A stretch of 54,665 nt of DNA from an uncultured Verrucomicrobiae bacterium (GCA_963788655.1 CAWBHS010000035.1:1-54665); one strand, 5' to 3'; shown: positions 30,613-40,775, numbered from the stretch's first letter. The notes: generated by a model from the letters alone, not told the origin. Translations and numbers: made by a program.

Positions 30613-32862
30613 ATGATTCGAGACAATTTGTTCTGGCGGAGAATTCATTTTGGCGTCTTGGTTTCAGCGTTCGCTGGTTGCACTTCGGTTGGGCTCACGG
30701 CATCGGCCAACGGCCCCGCAGGCACGAACAACAATTCCACCCCAACGGCCCCGCCCCGGTTGGCTTGGTATCAGACCAACCTGGTCGGCATGGAAGTCGG
30801 ACCCACGGGAGCCCAGTTTGGCAGCGATCCGAGCGACACCAATTACGCGGCCCGTTTCAACGGGGCTGACATCGTCCGCCATTGCGTCGAGGCGAATGGC
30901 GAATACCTCGTCATCTGGGCGCGCGATGGCGAATACGCATACTACAATTCCCGTCTTCAACCCAAATGCCCCGGGTTGGGCGAGCGGGATGTCTTGCGGG
31001 AAACCGTCGCTGAAGCCCGCCAATACAACCTGCCAGTGATTGCCTATTGCGTGCTGCAATACTGCGGCGACACCCTCCGCCAGCATCCCGACTGGCGAAT
31101 GCGCGGCCCGGACGGTAAACCGATTGACCGGGTATGTTACCGCAGCGGCTACCTCGACTTCATGAAACAGATGCTCGACGAAATGCTGGCGTACGGCATT
31201 GCGGGCTTTCATCTGGACATGGTGGACCAGGGTTTTGGCTTGCCCTACGGCTGTTGGTGCGACACGTGCCAGAAGCAATTCCAAACCCAATATGGCCGGC
31301 CCATGCCCCCAGGTGTCACCTGGGACGCTGATTGGGATCGCATGCTCGAATTTCGTTACCAATCGAGTGCGCAGTTTGAGCGAGCCCTCCGGGATCACGT
31401 CCAGTCCGTCAATCCCCAGGCCACGGTGGATTTCAATTACCACGGCAATCCGCCGTTCTCGTGGGAGGTGGGCCAGCGTCCGGTACAACATGCCACCAAC
31501 GGTAATTTCGTAACGGGCGAAACGGGGGTTTGGGGCTTCAGCGCCTTGGGCGTGGGATTGAATGCCGAGTTTTATCGGGCCGCGACTCCGGGTTTGCCGG
31601 TGCAGGTGGCCATCCAACGCGGTGTGCGCATGTATCATGACCAAACCACCCGCCCGCTGAACGACATCCGCTGGGAACTCCTGACCCTGCTGGCGCACGG
31701 CGCGTTCGTGACCATGGTGGACAAGACCGCGTATGATGGCTGGTTGGACCCGGTGGCTTACGAACGCATCGGACTGGCGTTCCATGAAGCACGCGCCAAA
31801 CGGGAACACTTTGGCCATACCCCGGTCCAGGAAGTGGGGCTTTACTTCAGCAGCCGCACCCGCGACTGGTACGGTCGCGAAACTCCGGCCAAGTATTTTC
31901 AGTCGTTCCAGGGAGCCCATAAAGCGCTGGTTTACGAGCACATCACTTGGGGTGTGCTGCTCGACGAAAACGTTACCTTGGAACGGCTGAAGAACTTCTC
32001 CATCGTGATGCTCCCCAACGTGGCCATTCTATCGACCAATGAAATTGCGCTGTTTCGCCGATATGTCGAGGAGGGCGGCAACTTGCTTCTGACCGGCTTT
32101 ACCGGATTGTATGATGAGATGGGGCAGCCGCGAAAGGAAAGTGCTGTGGCCGATTTGATCGGCGCCACCCTGACTGGGCGGCTGGAGTCACTGGACAACC
32201 ACATTCAATTTCCAGCCGACACCAACGGAGACTGGTCCGTCTTTCACCGCCGCATTCATACTGAGTGGCCCTTCCTGGTCAAAGGTCCGGCCGCGCAATA
32301 CCAACCGACCACGGCCACGCCGGTGGGCGAATTGCTGAAACCTCACCGCACCGTGCGCCAACGGCAGGGCCGGGAAGGCACCGACTGGCCGATGAGTGCG
32401 GACGTACCGGTGGGACCGGCCATCCTGATCAATGGGGTCGGCCAGGGTAAAGTGCTGACGTTTGCCGCCTCACCGGACTTCGCCACGGCCAGCGAGCATT
32501 ACATCGTTGAAGACCGGTTGTTGCTGCACAATGCGGTGCGTTATCTCGATGCCAAACCCTTCGTCGAGATTACCGCGCCGGCCAATGTCGAAGTCGTGGT
32601 GTCGCACGACGCGGCCAGCCGGTCGTTGCGGGTGCATCTGCTGGGCTATAATTCGCCGCCGGCCACCACCCCGGCGGAAGATCGCCCGCACGTCTTGCCT
32701 GGCCTGATCGAAGACGCCCCGATATTTCGCGTCACCATCACGCCCCGCCTGACGATGAAACGCGCCCGGCCTTGGAGTTCCACTACGGTGGTGACCAACT
32801 ATGGCAATTCGTTTGAAGCCACGGTGCAGGACGTGCATGAAGTGATCGAGTTTGGTTATTGA
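30613..32862 (+). CDS. Secreted glycoside-hydrolase-like protein (GHL6-type TIM barrel + beta-galactosidase trimerisation-like domain)
   Basis: Signal peptide, HPDW, GFHLDM, CWCDTC, MLPNVAILS..YVEEGGNLL. Confidence 0.7.
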   Translation: MIRDNLFWRRIHFGVLVSAFAGCTSVGLTASANGPAGTNNNSTPTAPPRLAWYQTNLVGMEVGPTGAQFGSDPSDTNYAARFNGADIVRHCVEANGEYLVIWARDGEYAYYNSRLQPKCPGLGERDVLRETVAEARQYNLPVIAYCVLQYCGDTLRQHPDWRMRGPDGKPIDRVCYRSGYLDFMKQMLDEMLAYGIAGFHLDMVDQGFGLPYGCWCDTCQKQFQTQYGRPMPPGVTWDADWDRMLEFRYQSSAQFERALRDHVQSVNPQATVDFNYHGNPPFSWEVGQRPVQHATNGNFVTGETGVWGFSALGVGLNAEFYRAATPGLPVQVAIQRGVRMYHDQTTRPLNDIRWELLTLLAHGAFVTMVDKTAYDGWLDPVAYERIGLAFHEARAKREHFGHTPVQEVGLYFSSRTRDWYGRETPAKYFQSFQGAHKALVYEHITWGVLLDENVTLERLKNFSIVMLPNVAILSTNEIALFRRYVEEGGNLLLTGFTGLYDEMGQPRKESAVADLIGATLTGRLESLDNHIQFPADTNGDWSVFHRRIHTEWPFLVKGPAAQYQPTTATPVGELLKPHRTVRQRQGREGTDWPMSADVPVGPAILINGVGQGKVLTFAASPDFATASEHYIVEDRLLLHNAVRYLDAKPFVEITAPANVEVVVSHDAASRSLRVHLLGYNSPPATTPAEDRPHVLPGLIEDAPIFRVTITPRLTMKRARPWSSTTVVTNYGNSFEATVQDVHEVIEFGY

Positions 32863-34186
32863 AACAACATCGCGTTACCCGACCATTGCAATTACACTCA
32901 ATACCGATGAACATACCCCGACCACCCGCCGCCAGTTTCTTCAAACCCTGGCCGCGGCCGTCCCGGTGACCTGCGGGTGCGCCGCCATCCCAACCGCCAT
33001 CGCCGAAGCGGCTGCCGCCGACAAACTGCCGCCGATCCGGGCCATTACCCGCGGCCCCAGGTTTCATTGGCGCGGGTACTACGACAAGCTGCTATTCGAT
33101 CCGACCAATCGGTATGTCCTCGCCAACGAAGTCGATTTTGAACATCGCTCGCCGCGCGCCGACGACCAGATCCGCGTCGGCATGGTCGATCTCCAGAACC
33201 ACGACGAGTGGATTGAATTGGGCACGTCCCGCGCCTGGAATTGGCAGCAAGGCTGCATGCTCCAATGGGTGCCGGGTTCGGCCAGCGAAGTGGCTTGGAA
33301 CGACCGGGAAGGGGACCAGTTCGTTTCCCGCATCCTGGACATCAAGACCGGGAAAAAGCGCACGTTGCCCCATCCGTTCTATTGCCTGAGCCCGGATGGC
33401 CGCTGGGCCGTGGCGCCCGACTTCCGTCGCCTGAATGACACGCGTCCCGGTTATGGGTACACTGGATTGCCGGATCCCAACCGGGAGCTTTTGGCGCCGG
33501 ATGACGTGGGGATATGGAAAATGGACCTGCAAACCGGCACGCACGAATTGCTGATCTCCCTGGCCGATGCGGCGAAGATTCCGTATCCGCCGGGCTTTTC
33601 GAAGGGCGCGAAACACTGGTTCAATCACCTGCTGTTCAACACGGACGGTTCGCGATTTTTGTTCCTGCATCGCTGGCGCGGGGACAAGGAGGGCCGGAGC
33701 TTTGCGACGCGCATGTTTACGGCCGATCCGGACGGCAACGATCTCTTCATCCTCGATCCCTACGGGCGCACTTCACATTTCGTCTGGCGTGATGCGCGCC
33801 ACGTCATGGCTTGGGCCTGGCACCCTTCACACGGGGAACGATTCTATCTTTATCGCGACCATACCGACCAAGTCGAGGTGGTGGGGCAGGACGTGATGAC
33901 CCGTAATGGCCACAATACTTTTGTGCCGGGCACCAATAACCAGTGGGTGCTCAATGATACCTATCCAGACAAGGAACATCTTCAGCATCCATACCTCTAT
34001 CACCTCCCTACCAACCGCCGGGTGCCGCTCGGCCATTTCCTTTCGCCGCCGAAATATACCGGTGAATGGCGTTGTGACACGCATCCGTGCGCCAGCCGCG
34101 ACGGTAAATGGGTGTCCCTCGATTCCCCGCATGGGGGAAACGGGCGACAGGTTTACCTGGTCGATATTCGGGGCATCGTCGGGTGA
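32852..34186 (+). CDS. Tat-exported beta-propeller protein (oligogalacturonate-lyase/TolB-like); start uncertain
   Basis: TRRQFL Tat motif, GYYDK, AWNWQQGCMLQW, HWFNH, WRCDTHP. Confidence 0.7.
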   Translation: MVIETTSRYPTIAITLNTDEHTPTTRRQFLQTLAAAVPVTCGCAAIPTAIAEAAAADKLPPIRAITRGPRFHWRGYYDKLLFDPTNRYVLANEVDFEHRSPRADDQIRVGMVDLQNHDEWIELGTSRAWNWQQGCMLQWVPGSASEVAWNDREGDQFVSRILDIKTGKKRTLPHPFYCLSPDGRWAVAPDFRRLNDTRPGYGYTGLPDPNRELLAPDDVGIWKMDLQTGTHELLISLADAAKIPYPPGFSKGAKHWFNHLLFNTDGSRFLFLHRWRGDKEGRSFATRMFTADPDGNDLFILDPYGRTSHFVWRDARHVMAWAWHPSHGERFYLYRDHTDQVEVVGQDVMTRNGHNTFVPGTNNQWVLNDTYPDKEHLQHPYLYHLPTNRRVPLGHFLSPPKYTGEWRCDTHPCASRDGKWVSLDSPHGGNGRQVYLVDIRGIVG

Positions 34187-34267
34187 GAGGTGTCCTTTTG
34201 CACTCTGCACGCGAGGATTGAAAGTGATGCGCTGGACAGGCCCGGGAAATGCTGAAACCATCGTCCT

Positions 34268-34873
34268 GTGAAGCAGTCATTAGTTACGTTGGATATGGAG
34301 GGAGTGCTGACTCCCGAAATCTGGATTGCCGTGGCGGAGAAAACCGGCATCCCGGAACTGCGCCGCACCACGCGCGACGAGCCGGATTACGACAAGCTGA
34401 TGCGCTACCGGTTGGATTTGCTGGACCGCCATGGACTCCGGCTGCCGGACATCCAGCAGGTCATCGGCACGCTCCGGCCATTGGACGGCGCCCGTGAATT
34501 TCTCGATGAATTGCGCGAGCTTTTGCCGGTGATCATTCTTTCGGATACGTTCGAACAATTCGCCAGCCCGTTGGTTCGCCAGCTCAATTGGCCCACGCTG
34601 TTGTGTCATCGATTGGTGGTCAAGGAGGGGGTGATTGCGGATTACCAATTGCGTCTGCCGCAGCAGAAGAAGGAGGCGGTGGCTGCTTTCAAGCACCTGA
34701 ATTATCACGTCATTTCCGGCGGCGATTCGTACAACGACACGGCCATGTTGTGCGAAGCCAATGTTGGGCTGCTGTTTCGCGCGCCGGATAATGTGAAGCA
34801 GGAGTTTCCCCAGTTCAAAGCCGTGGACACGTACGCGGATTTGCTGCAACTGATTCGGGAAGCCGTGGGGTGA
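34268..34873 (+). CDS. thrH: Phosphoserine phosphatase / homoserine phosphotransferase ThrH
   Basis: LDMEGVLTPEIWI..TTRDEPDYDKLM..ILSDTF..GDSYNDTAML. Confidence 0.93.
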   Translation: MKQSLVTLDMEGVLTPEIWIAVAEKTGIPELRRTTRDEPDYDKLMRYRLDLLDRHGLRLPDIQQVIGTLRPLDGAREFLDELRELLPVIILSDTFEQFASPLVRQLNWPTLLCHRLVVKEGVIADYQLRLPQQKKEAVAAFKHLNYHVISGGDSYNDTAMLCEANVGLLFRAPDNVKQEFPQFKAVDTYADLLQLIREAVG

Positions 34874-35032
34874 TGGTTTTTTGATCCCAGCGCCATCTGT
34901 TCCCAAGGCAGGCGGCCATGGCGCTTGACCAAATTCATTCAGTTGCGGTAGGCCAGCGCTGCTGCGTCCTCCCCCTTGGTTGGTCGAAGACTAAGCTGAG
35001 TCAGGGTTTCCGTCAGGAAATAGCCAGGACTC

Positions 35033-35800
35033 TCAAATGCGAAAATTGAACAACTCCAGGAAAACGGCGAAAGCGTTGTAGGCAGCGTGCAAGCCCATGG
35101 CCGCAATCAAATAGACCGAGCCGGCGGCCAAGCGCGGAGGAGTGCGACGTGCCATGACTTGGGCCCAGATGCGCATCAAGCCCATGCCGGCGATCAACGA
35201 ACAGCCCATGTGCAAGGCGACGCAAGCCGACCAGCGCCACTGGATCAAGAAGTTGGACGGCTTGGCGACGTAAACGTGGAGATAAAGAACGTTTTCCACG
35301 GCGGAGAACACGAAGCCACTGGCCAGCACGCACAACGCGATCTGTACGCGGGAGCGGAACAGGAATGGACGTTTCTCGACCAACCAAAGCGGGATGGCCA
35401 CCTTCATCATTTCTTCCAAGACCGGCCCGAACACCACAATGACCGCTACTCCCACCGTCGTTTGGCCGCCGCCCAGCAAGGCGCCGAGAATGGCCCACGG
35501 TCCGGCGGTCAACGCGACGAGTGCCACCATGAGCCAGGAGCGTGTGCCACTCGTTTCCGCGATGCGTTTATCGAGCCAGCGGGCGTATGTCAGCGCGTCC
35601 GGGGGCGGGGTGCCGGCTGGATTAGCCAACCAAGCGGTTTCATCCCAAACCGTGTGTTCCACGCGGTCATCCTCGGTTTCCTTGCGGGCCGCGCGGGACA
35701 GTTGTTCAGCGGCGGAGCCTTCACTGGGATCGGCTTGAAAGCCGTCCTGCTGCCAGAACGGTTCATGCTCAATGGACGGATCGTGGTTGGGCGTCGTCAC
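35033..35800 (-). CDS. PrsW-family intramembrane glutamic/metalloprotease
   Basis: GPVLEEMMK, GFVFSAVEN, ALH and LHAAYN motifs. Confidence 0.85.
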   Translation of the reverse strand: MTTPNHDPSIEHEPFWQQDGFQADPSEGSAAEQLSRAARKETEDDRVEHTVWDETAWLANPAGTPPPDALTYARWLDKRIAETSGTRSWLMVALVALTAGPWAILGALLGGGQTTVGVAVIVVFGPVLEEMMKVAIPLWLVEKRPFLFRSRVQIALCVLASGFVFSAVENVLYLHVYVAKPSNFLIQWRWSACVALHMGCSLIAGMGLMRIWAQVMARRTPPRLAAGSVYLIAAMGLHAAYNAFAVFLELFNFRI

Positions 35801-36297
35801 GCTGAGGCGGGATGCGCATGGTAGGCCGTCGCCGAAGCGATGATACAGACCATGGCCGTCTTACGCATGGTGGAATTGCCTCCTACGTCCGCGCTTTGAT
35901 ACCGGACATTGCCCACGGCGTTGTAGCCTTGGTCGCGCGCTTGTTCCAGCAGACGCAACAAGGCTTCCCGGCGTGCCCGGTTGAGCAGGGTTTGGTAACT
36001 CCGGACTTCTCCGCCAAAAATGTTCCGCAACTTGGCGAGAAAGCTTTTGAAGTAGTCGGTGGCAATCACTGCTTCACCGACGAGCAGGGAGGGCGGTGAG
36101 GGGCCGGTTGCGAAGCCCGGATACGACTTGAGCTGGCTGATGAACATGCCCGCCAATTGTTGCTCCCGCTCGTCAAGGTTTGCACAGTGCTTCTGTTCTC
36201 GACGGTGGCCCACAAAATACCCGAGTCCCAGCAGGAACAAGACAATGCCAATATTAACGATCAGTGCAATGGAATCGTCCATAGAAAGGCGCCTCAA
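35797..36297 (-). CDS. YbjQ/UPF0145-like protein with N-terminal TM helix
   Basis: LRNIFGGEVRSYQTLLNRARREALLRL..AVGNVR. Confidence 0.85.
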   Translation of the reverse strand: MRRLSMDDSIALIVNIGIVLFLLGLGYFVGHRREQKHCANLDEREQQLAGMFISQLKSYPGFATGPSPPSLLVGEAVIATDYFKSFLAKLRNIFGGEVRSYQTLLNRARREALLRLLEQARDQGYNAVGNVRYQSADVGGNSTMRKTAMVCIIASATAYHAHPASA

Positions 36298-36635
36298 GCC
36301 AGGGGTTGTGCCGTCGCTTCGGCTTCCAGCATGACAGCGGTGCCATACGCGTACAGCTCGGCGGCTCCGGCGGTAACGGCACTGGTGGTAAAACGGACGT
36401 TCACGACGGCATGGGCTCCCAGTTGCTGCGCCTGGGCCAGCATCCGTTCCATGGCCTGACGCCGGGATTCCGTCAACAGCTCGGTGTATCCCTTGAGTTC
36501 ACCACCAATCAGATTCTTCAGGCTGGCGGCGATGTCGCGCCCGGCGTGTTTGGCGCGGACCGTGTTCCCTTGCACGAGTCCTTTGATGGCCGTGATCCGG
36601 TATCCGGGAACGGTTTCCGTATTGGTGATGATCAT
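36294..36635 (-). CDS. YbjQ/UPF0145 family protein
   Basis: MIITNTETVPG..GGELKGYTELLTESRRQAMERM..YGTAV. Confidence 0.92.
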   Translation of the reverse strand: MIITNTETVPGYRITAIKGLVQGNTVRAKHAGRDIAASLKNLIGGELKGYTELLTESRRQAMERMLAQAQQLGAHAVVNVRFTTSAVTAGAAELYAYGTAVMLEAEATAQPLA

Positions 36636-36897
36636 GAGCTGCTCCTGTTTGAGGTTGAACGGAGATTTGATTGCGACGGGTTGAGACGCTGGACGAGCAA
36701 GGACAAACCACCTGTTTGCAGGTGGGTGAGTCTCGACTGGCAAACGGGATTATCAGCTTCAACCACGGGCGGAGCGTAAATGGCTGACTGACCGGCGCAA
36801 GTCTTTTGTTGGCGGTAAGGAGGGCTGTCAGTGACGACCCAAGATCGGCGCAAGTTCGGCATTGCACTTGCGGCTCGAATCATTACGTTGCCGGCCC

Positions 36898-37752
36898 ATG
36901 AAATATTCCAAGTACCACGCGTTGGGAAACGATTATCTGGTCATCGATCCCCAGGACTGGGAAGGGCCGCTCACCGAGGAGCAGGTCAGGATCATTTGCC
37001 ACCGGAATTTTGGAGTGGGTTCGGACGGCATCTTGTACGGCCCACTGCCGGATGCCCAAGCCGATTTTGCGCTGCGCATTTTCAATCCCGATGGCAGCGA
37101 AGCGGAGAAAAGCGGCAACGGTTTACGGATTTTTTCACGATACCTGTACGACCAACAACGAGTAGGTGACCAACCTTTTTCCATCCAAACACTTGGAGGT
37201 CGCGTGCAGTCCGTGGTCCTGGCCCAGGGCAAACAGGTCCGGGTCGAGATGGGTAAGGTGACGTTTTGGAGTGATGAAATCCCGGTAACCGGTCCGCGTC
37301 GCGAGGTTTTGCGCGAGCACATTCAGGCGGCGGACCAGACCTTCGAATTTTGCGCCGCGTCCATTGGCAATCCTCATTGCGTCTTGCCGCTCCCTGAATT
37401 CAGTGCGGAGCTGGCAAAACAATTTGGACCGCTCCTCGAGACGCATCAAAATTTTCCCAACCGCACCAACGTGCAATTCCTGCAAGTGCTGGACCGGCAG
37501 CATATCCGGATCGAAATCTGGGAACGCGGCGCTGGGTACACCCTGGCCTCGGGCAGCAGCAGTAGCGCCGCTGCCGCCGTCGCACGCAAACTCGGATTGT
37601 GCGATTCAGCAATCACGGTACAGATGCCCGGTGGCAACCTTGCGATTGAAGTGGGCGACGATTACTCCATCCTGATGACGGGTCCGGTGACCCGCGTCGC
37701 GGAAGGCACGCTGTTTGCCGAGGTCTTCGAAGGGAGTGGAAACCAAAGCTGA
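36898..37752 (+). CDS. dapF: Diaminopimelate epimerase-family protein with Ser at both catalytic positions
   Basis: KYHALGNDY, GVGSDG, FNPDGSEAEKSGNG, GNPH, NVQF, WERGAGYTLASGS. Confidence 0.88.
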   Translation: MKYSKYHALGNDYLVIDPQDWEGPLTEEQVRIICHRNFGVGSDGILYGPLPDAQADFALRIFNPDGSEAEKSGNGLRIFSRYLYDQQRVGDQPFSIQTLGGRVQSVVLAQGKQVRVEMGKVTFWSDEIPVTGPRREVLREHIQAADQTFEFCAASIGNPHCVLPLPEFSAELAKQFGPLLETHQNFPNRTNVQFLQVLDRQHIRIEIWERGAGYTLASGSSSSAAAAVARKLGLCDSAITVQMPGGNLAIEVGDDYSILMTGPVTRVAEGTLFAEVFEGSGNQS

Positions 37753-37814
37753 TGTGCCATACGCTTCACGTGACTCGGCACCCGTCAACATCGCGACAGG
37801 CGGATAGCTGTCTT

Positions 37815-37930
37815 GTAGGACAGGCGTCTCGCCTGTCCCGTAATACCCAAGCATATTCATCATGCTGCAAAGCGTTTTGCAACGATTGACAGCGCCTTGG
37901 CATTCGAGACAGCCGAGACGGCTGTCCTAC
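37815..37930. repeat. REPIN, GTAGGACAGG family
   Basis: GTAGGACAGGCGTCTCGCCTGTC ... GACAGCCGAGACGGCTGTCCTAC between convergent genes. Confidence 0.75.
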
Positions 37931-38004
37931 CTGAGCCGGTTCGCTCTTACTATTCGGAAGCACCGAATGCGGCGTCTTCGGTGCGCCGGCTGGTCAATCG
38001 CGCC

Positions 38005-39747
38005 TTACTGTGGATCGAGCGCCAGAATGGCGTCGGCCAGTTCGCGGCGGATGGCGTTAAGCCGGCCGAAGGCAACGACCTTGTCCGGATCGAGCCGGGC
38101 GAATCCATCGTCGGGAAACCGCTGGCCGCCTTTGCCTTCATAGAGCGTCCAGTCATCGGCGATGTCATTGCCAATGGTTTCGAGCAGGTCGCGGGCTTTT
38201 CGCGCCGCGGGTTGGGCCGGATTGGTGTGCTTGGCCAAGGACTCCAAGTGGCACAGATACTTCAGGTCGTCGATGCCTTCGCGGCAACGTTCGTAGTCGA
38301 GCGTCGGGTAAATGGCGTCCTGCTGCGTGCGCACCAGCGAGCCGGATTCGTTGCGGAGGTTGTAGTACCACTCGACTTTGCCCCGCACGCCGTAATGGCT
38401 CATTTTCCAAAAGAAAAAGCCGAAGGGAAACCGGCCGCTCCCGGCATTGACGAACCACGGGATCGCGCCGGTCTTGGATTGGAGCGCTTCCAGAAACGGC
38501 TTGTTCAATAAGCGCCGGCCCTGATTGTGATGGTCGGCGCCGTCCCAACCGTTGTTGAACGTGGCCACGTTGAGAAACGGAGCCATCGCCATCACTTCCC
38601 GGTAACCATTCATGTCGCTGGTGGTGGCGATTTCGGGTAATTCCTCCCAAACGAATTTCGCCAGGCGCCCCGCGGTGTGGACGCCTTCCAGACCCTTGTT
38701 GGTCATTTCGTCGCCAATGGAAAAAAGCGTGGGCACGCCGTGTTTGCGGACCTCGGCATGCATGAGGCGCATGACCTTGATGTATTTCTGCTGCCAGCGC
38801 CGGCTGGTCTCATTGCCGTAACCGGCCAGGTCGGTCAATTGCAGGTCCATGGGCGGTGCCCAATAGAACGTGCCGGGGAAGCCGGCGCGTTGGTAAGTTT
38901 CCAGCACCCGCCCCAGTTCGCTGGTGTCCGTGTCATAGACGGGTTGGTGCCAGTCGTAGAGCGGCGCCACGCAAGTCATCCCATGCTTGCGCATGTCTTT
39001 GAAATGGGCGGCGAGGATTGTGCCATCCGGATCGTCGGCGGGTTTGGAATAATTGAAGCCCAATGAAAATGGCGGTTCTGGCAGCTTGAAAGGCAGTACC
39101 TCCAATACGATATGAATTGCGGCGATGGGATTGCTGTCGGCGGTTAATTGGACTTCGCCTTCGTACGGGCCTGGCTTGGCGTCCGCGGGCACTTGGATGG
39201 TACACCAAAAAAACTCGGTGCTGTGAGCGGACATATTCCACGGACGGCCCAGGTGCATCAGGATGTCGCGTCCGCCGCCATGGAATCCTTCCACGGACTG
39301 GACTACAACGTTCCGGGCCGGAATGAGCGCGCCACCGGATCCTTTCAAGTCCGTGCCGGCAATGAACAGTTGCTGCAAGGTTTCCTGCGGCCGCAGCAGG
39401 AAACTGAAGGGTTCGTATTCACCTGGCGTTGCGAAGAGTCGGGCCTCCCGCGGATTGCCGGCCAATTCCTTCCGAACGCTGACGGAACGCGGTGATTCGA
39501 TGGTGACGCTCTTGCCGTCAGCAGTCTTGATGTTCACGGCCTGCGGTCGGGCAAAAATCAGCGGCTGATCAACGAGTGGTTTTTGTTCGCTGGAGGGATT
39601 CTCGTTGTAATCGGTGACGTACAAATCAAGTTCGGCGGCAAATGTCGCTGAGGAGGCCAGGAGACCGAACGCCGCCATGCCGGCCCAGAAGAAGCGGCGA
39701 GTGCTGCCGTGATCGGAGGAATGCTGAATCAGTGTGAGTTGCTTCAT
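38005..39747 (-). CDS. Secreted glycoside-hydrolase-like protein (GH123/DUF4091-like architecture)
   Basis: Signal peptide, TPGEYEP, IQVPADAKPGPYEG..LEVLPFKLP, GDE, and YERCREGIDDLKY. Confidence 0.65.
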   Translation of the reverse strand: MKQLTLIQHSSDHGSTRRFFWAGMAAFGLLASSATFAAELDLYVTDYNENPSSEQKPLVDQPLIFARPQAVNIKTADGKSVTIESPRSVSVRKELAGNPREARLFATPGEYEPFSFLLRPQETLQQLFIAGTDLKGSGGALIPARNVVVQSVEGFHGGGRDILMHLGRPWNMSAHSTEFFWCTIQVPADAKPGPYEGEVQLTADSNPIAAIHIVLEVLPFKLPEPPFSLGFNYSKPADDPDGTILAAHFKDMRKHGMTCVAPLYDWHQPVYDTDTSELGRVLETYQRAGFPGTFYWAPPMDLQLTDLAGYGNETSRRWQQKYIKVMRLMHAEVRKHGVPTLFSIGDEMTNKGLEGVHTAGRLAKFVWEELPEIATTSDMNGYREVMAMAPFLNVATFNNGWDGADHHNQGRRLLNKPFLEALQSKTGAIPWFVNAGSGRFPFGFFFWKMSHYGVRGKVEWYYNLRNESGSLVRTQQDAIYPTLDYERCREGIDDLKYLCHLESLAKHTNPAQPAARKARDLLETIGNDIADDWTLYEGKGGQRFPDDGFARLDPDKVVAFGRLNAIRRELADAILALDPQ

Positions 39748-39771
39748 AGTAAAATCTCCCAGCCAGGCAGT

Positions 39772-40626
39772 CTATTCATCCAGTTTTCCGCCAATGGGTA
39801 CCAGTGCGACATCGTCGAGCCAGATCGTACCTTCGCCGATGGCGTAGAAAAACACGTTGTAAGTTTTCTTTCCCGCCACCGGTTTGCCGACGACCGTGTA
39901 TTCTTTCCATTGGTTGCCCATCTGCTCGCGAATCGTACCGGTGGCGCCAGCCTCGAAATTCACAAACAGCAGATTGTCACCGGCGCCCCGCGACCAGAAG
40001 GTCAGTTGGTATTCGGTAACGCCCGGGACCGAGGGCAGGGGAGGGGTGTTGATGCCGATCCGGCCTTTGGCGCCGGTGCAGCGGATGCGGGCGGAGCGTT
40101 TCCCGGAATGGACGAACGCCGGCTGCTCTTCCCACCGGTTCTCGTAATCGCCGCCCCAACTCCAGCCGTTCCACCAGAGCCAGCGCGAGCGGTTCTTGGC
40201 GGAATTGGGATTGATCTGCTCGAAGCCGCCATTCTGAATGAAGTTCAACGGCGGATCGGCTACGGAAAGTGACTCGGGCTGATACGTCCCCGCCAACCGC
40301 TGCTCGAGCATCTGGTGGCGTTTGGCGTAGGCGGCGTTGCTGAGCAGCCCTTGCGCTTTCTGTTGGTCCACTTCGCACAGCGCCTGTTCCAGGCGTTCTT
40401 TGGGCCAGAGCTTCTGCGTGAGTTGTTCAACGGTGACTTTCGCCGTCGGCGAGTCCGCACTGAAGGCCGTAGTAGCAAGCAGAAGTGTGATTACTGCGAG
40501 CAGGATTCCATTGCGTATTGAATTCACTGGTTGAGCCGGATGGTGAAGTCCAACTGGCTGCGCATCGAAGGCTGGATGTGAAGCGCCGTGAACACCGCGG
40601 GCAGTCGGTTGTGGTTGGTGCGACAT
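39772..40626 (-). CDS. Secreted protein with SHOCT-like helix and CBM4/9-like domain; start uncertain
   Basis: Signal-like ILLAVITLLLATTAFSA, NFIQNGGFE, VHSGKRS, IWLDDVAL. Confidence 0.65.
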   Translation of the reverse strand: MSHQPQPTARGVHGASHPAFDAQPVGLHHPAQPVNSIRNGILLAVITLLLATTAFSADSPTAKVTVEQLTQKLWPKERLEQALCEVDQQKAQGLLSNAAYAKRHQMLEQRLAGTYQPESLSVADPPLNFIQNGGFEQINPNSAKNRSRWLWWNGWSWGGDYENRWEEQPAFVHSGKRSARIRCTGAKGRIGINTPPLPSVPGVTEYQLTFWSRGAGDNLLFVNFEAGATGTIREQMGNQWKEYTVVGKPVAGKKTYNVFFYAIGEGTIWLDDVALVPIGGKLDE

Positions 40627-40775
40627 GCCAGCGAAAATAGCAATGACGGGCGGCGCCGAAAAGCGAATTTCGATGAAGACTGAAAAGTTGCCGCAGGCCA
40701 AAGACTGATGCCATTTCGACCAAGCGTCGAGAAGGCAGCCAACTTGCTGGGCGACCGAGTTCACGATCGCCGATT

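Noticed and set aside
34960..35030. Hammerhead ribozyme or canonical SRP RNA call
   Set aside because: It lacks the CTGAnGA core and the SRP AGCAG motif, so it is kept only as an unassigned candidate.
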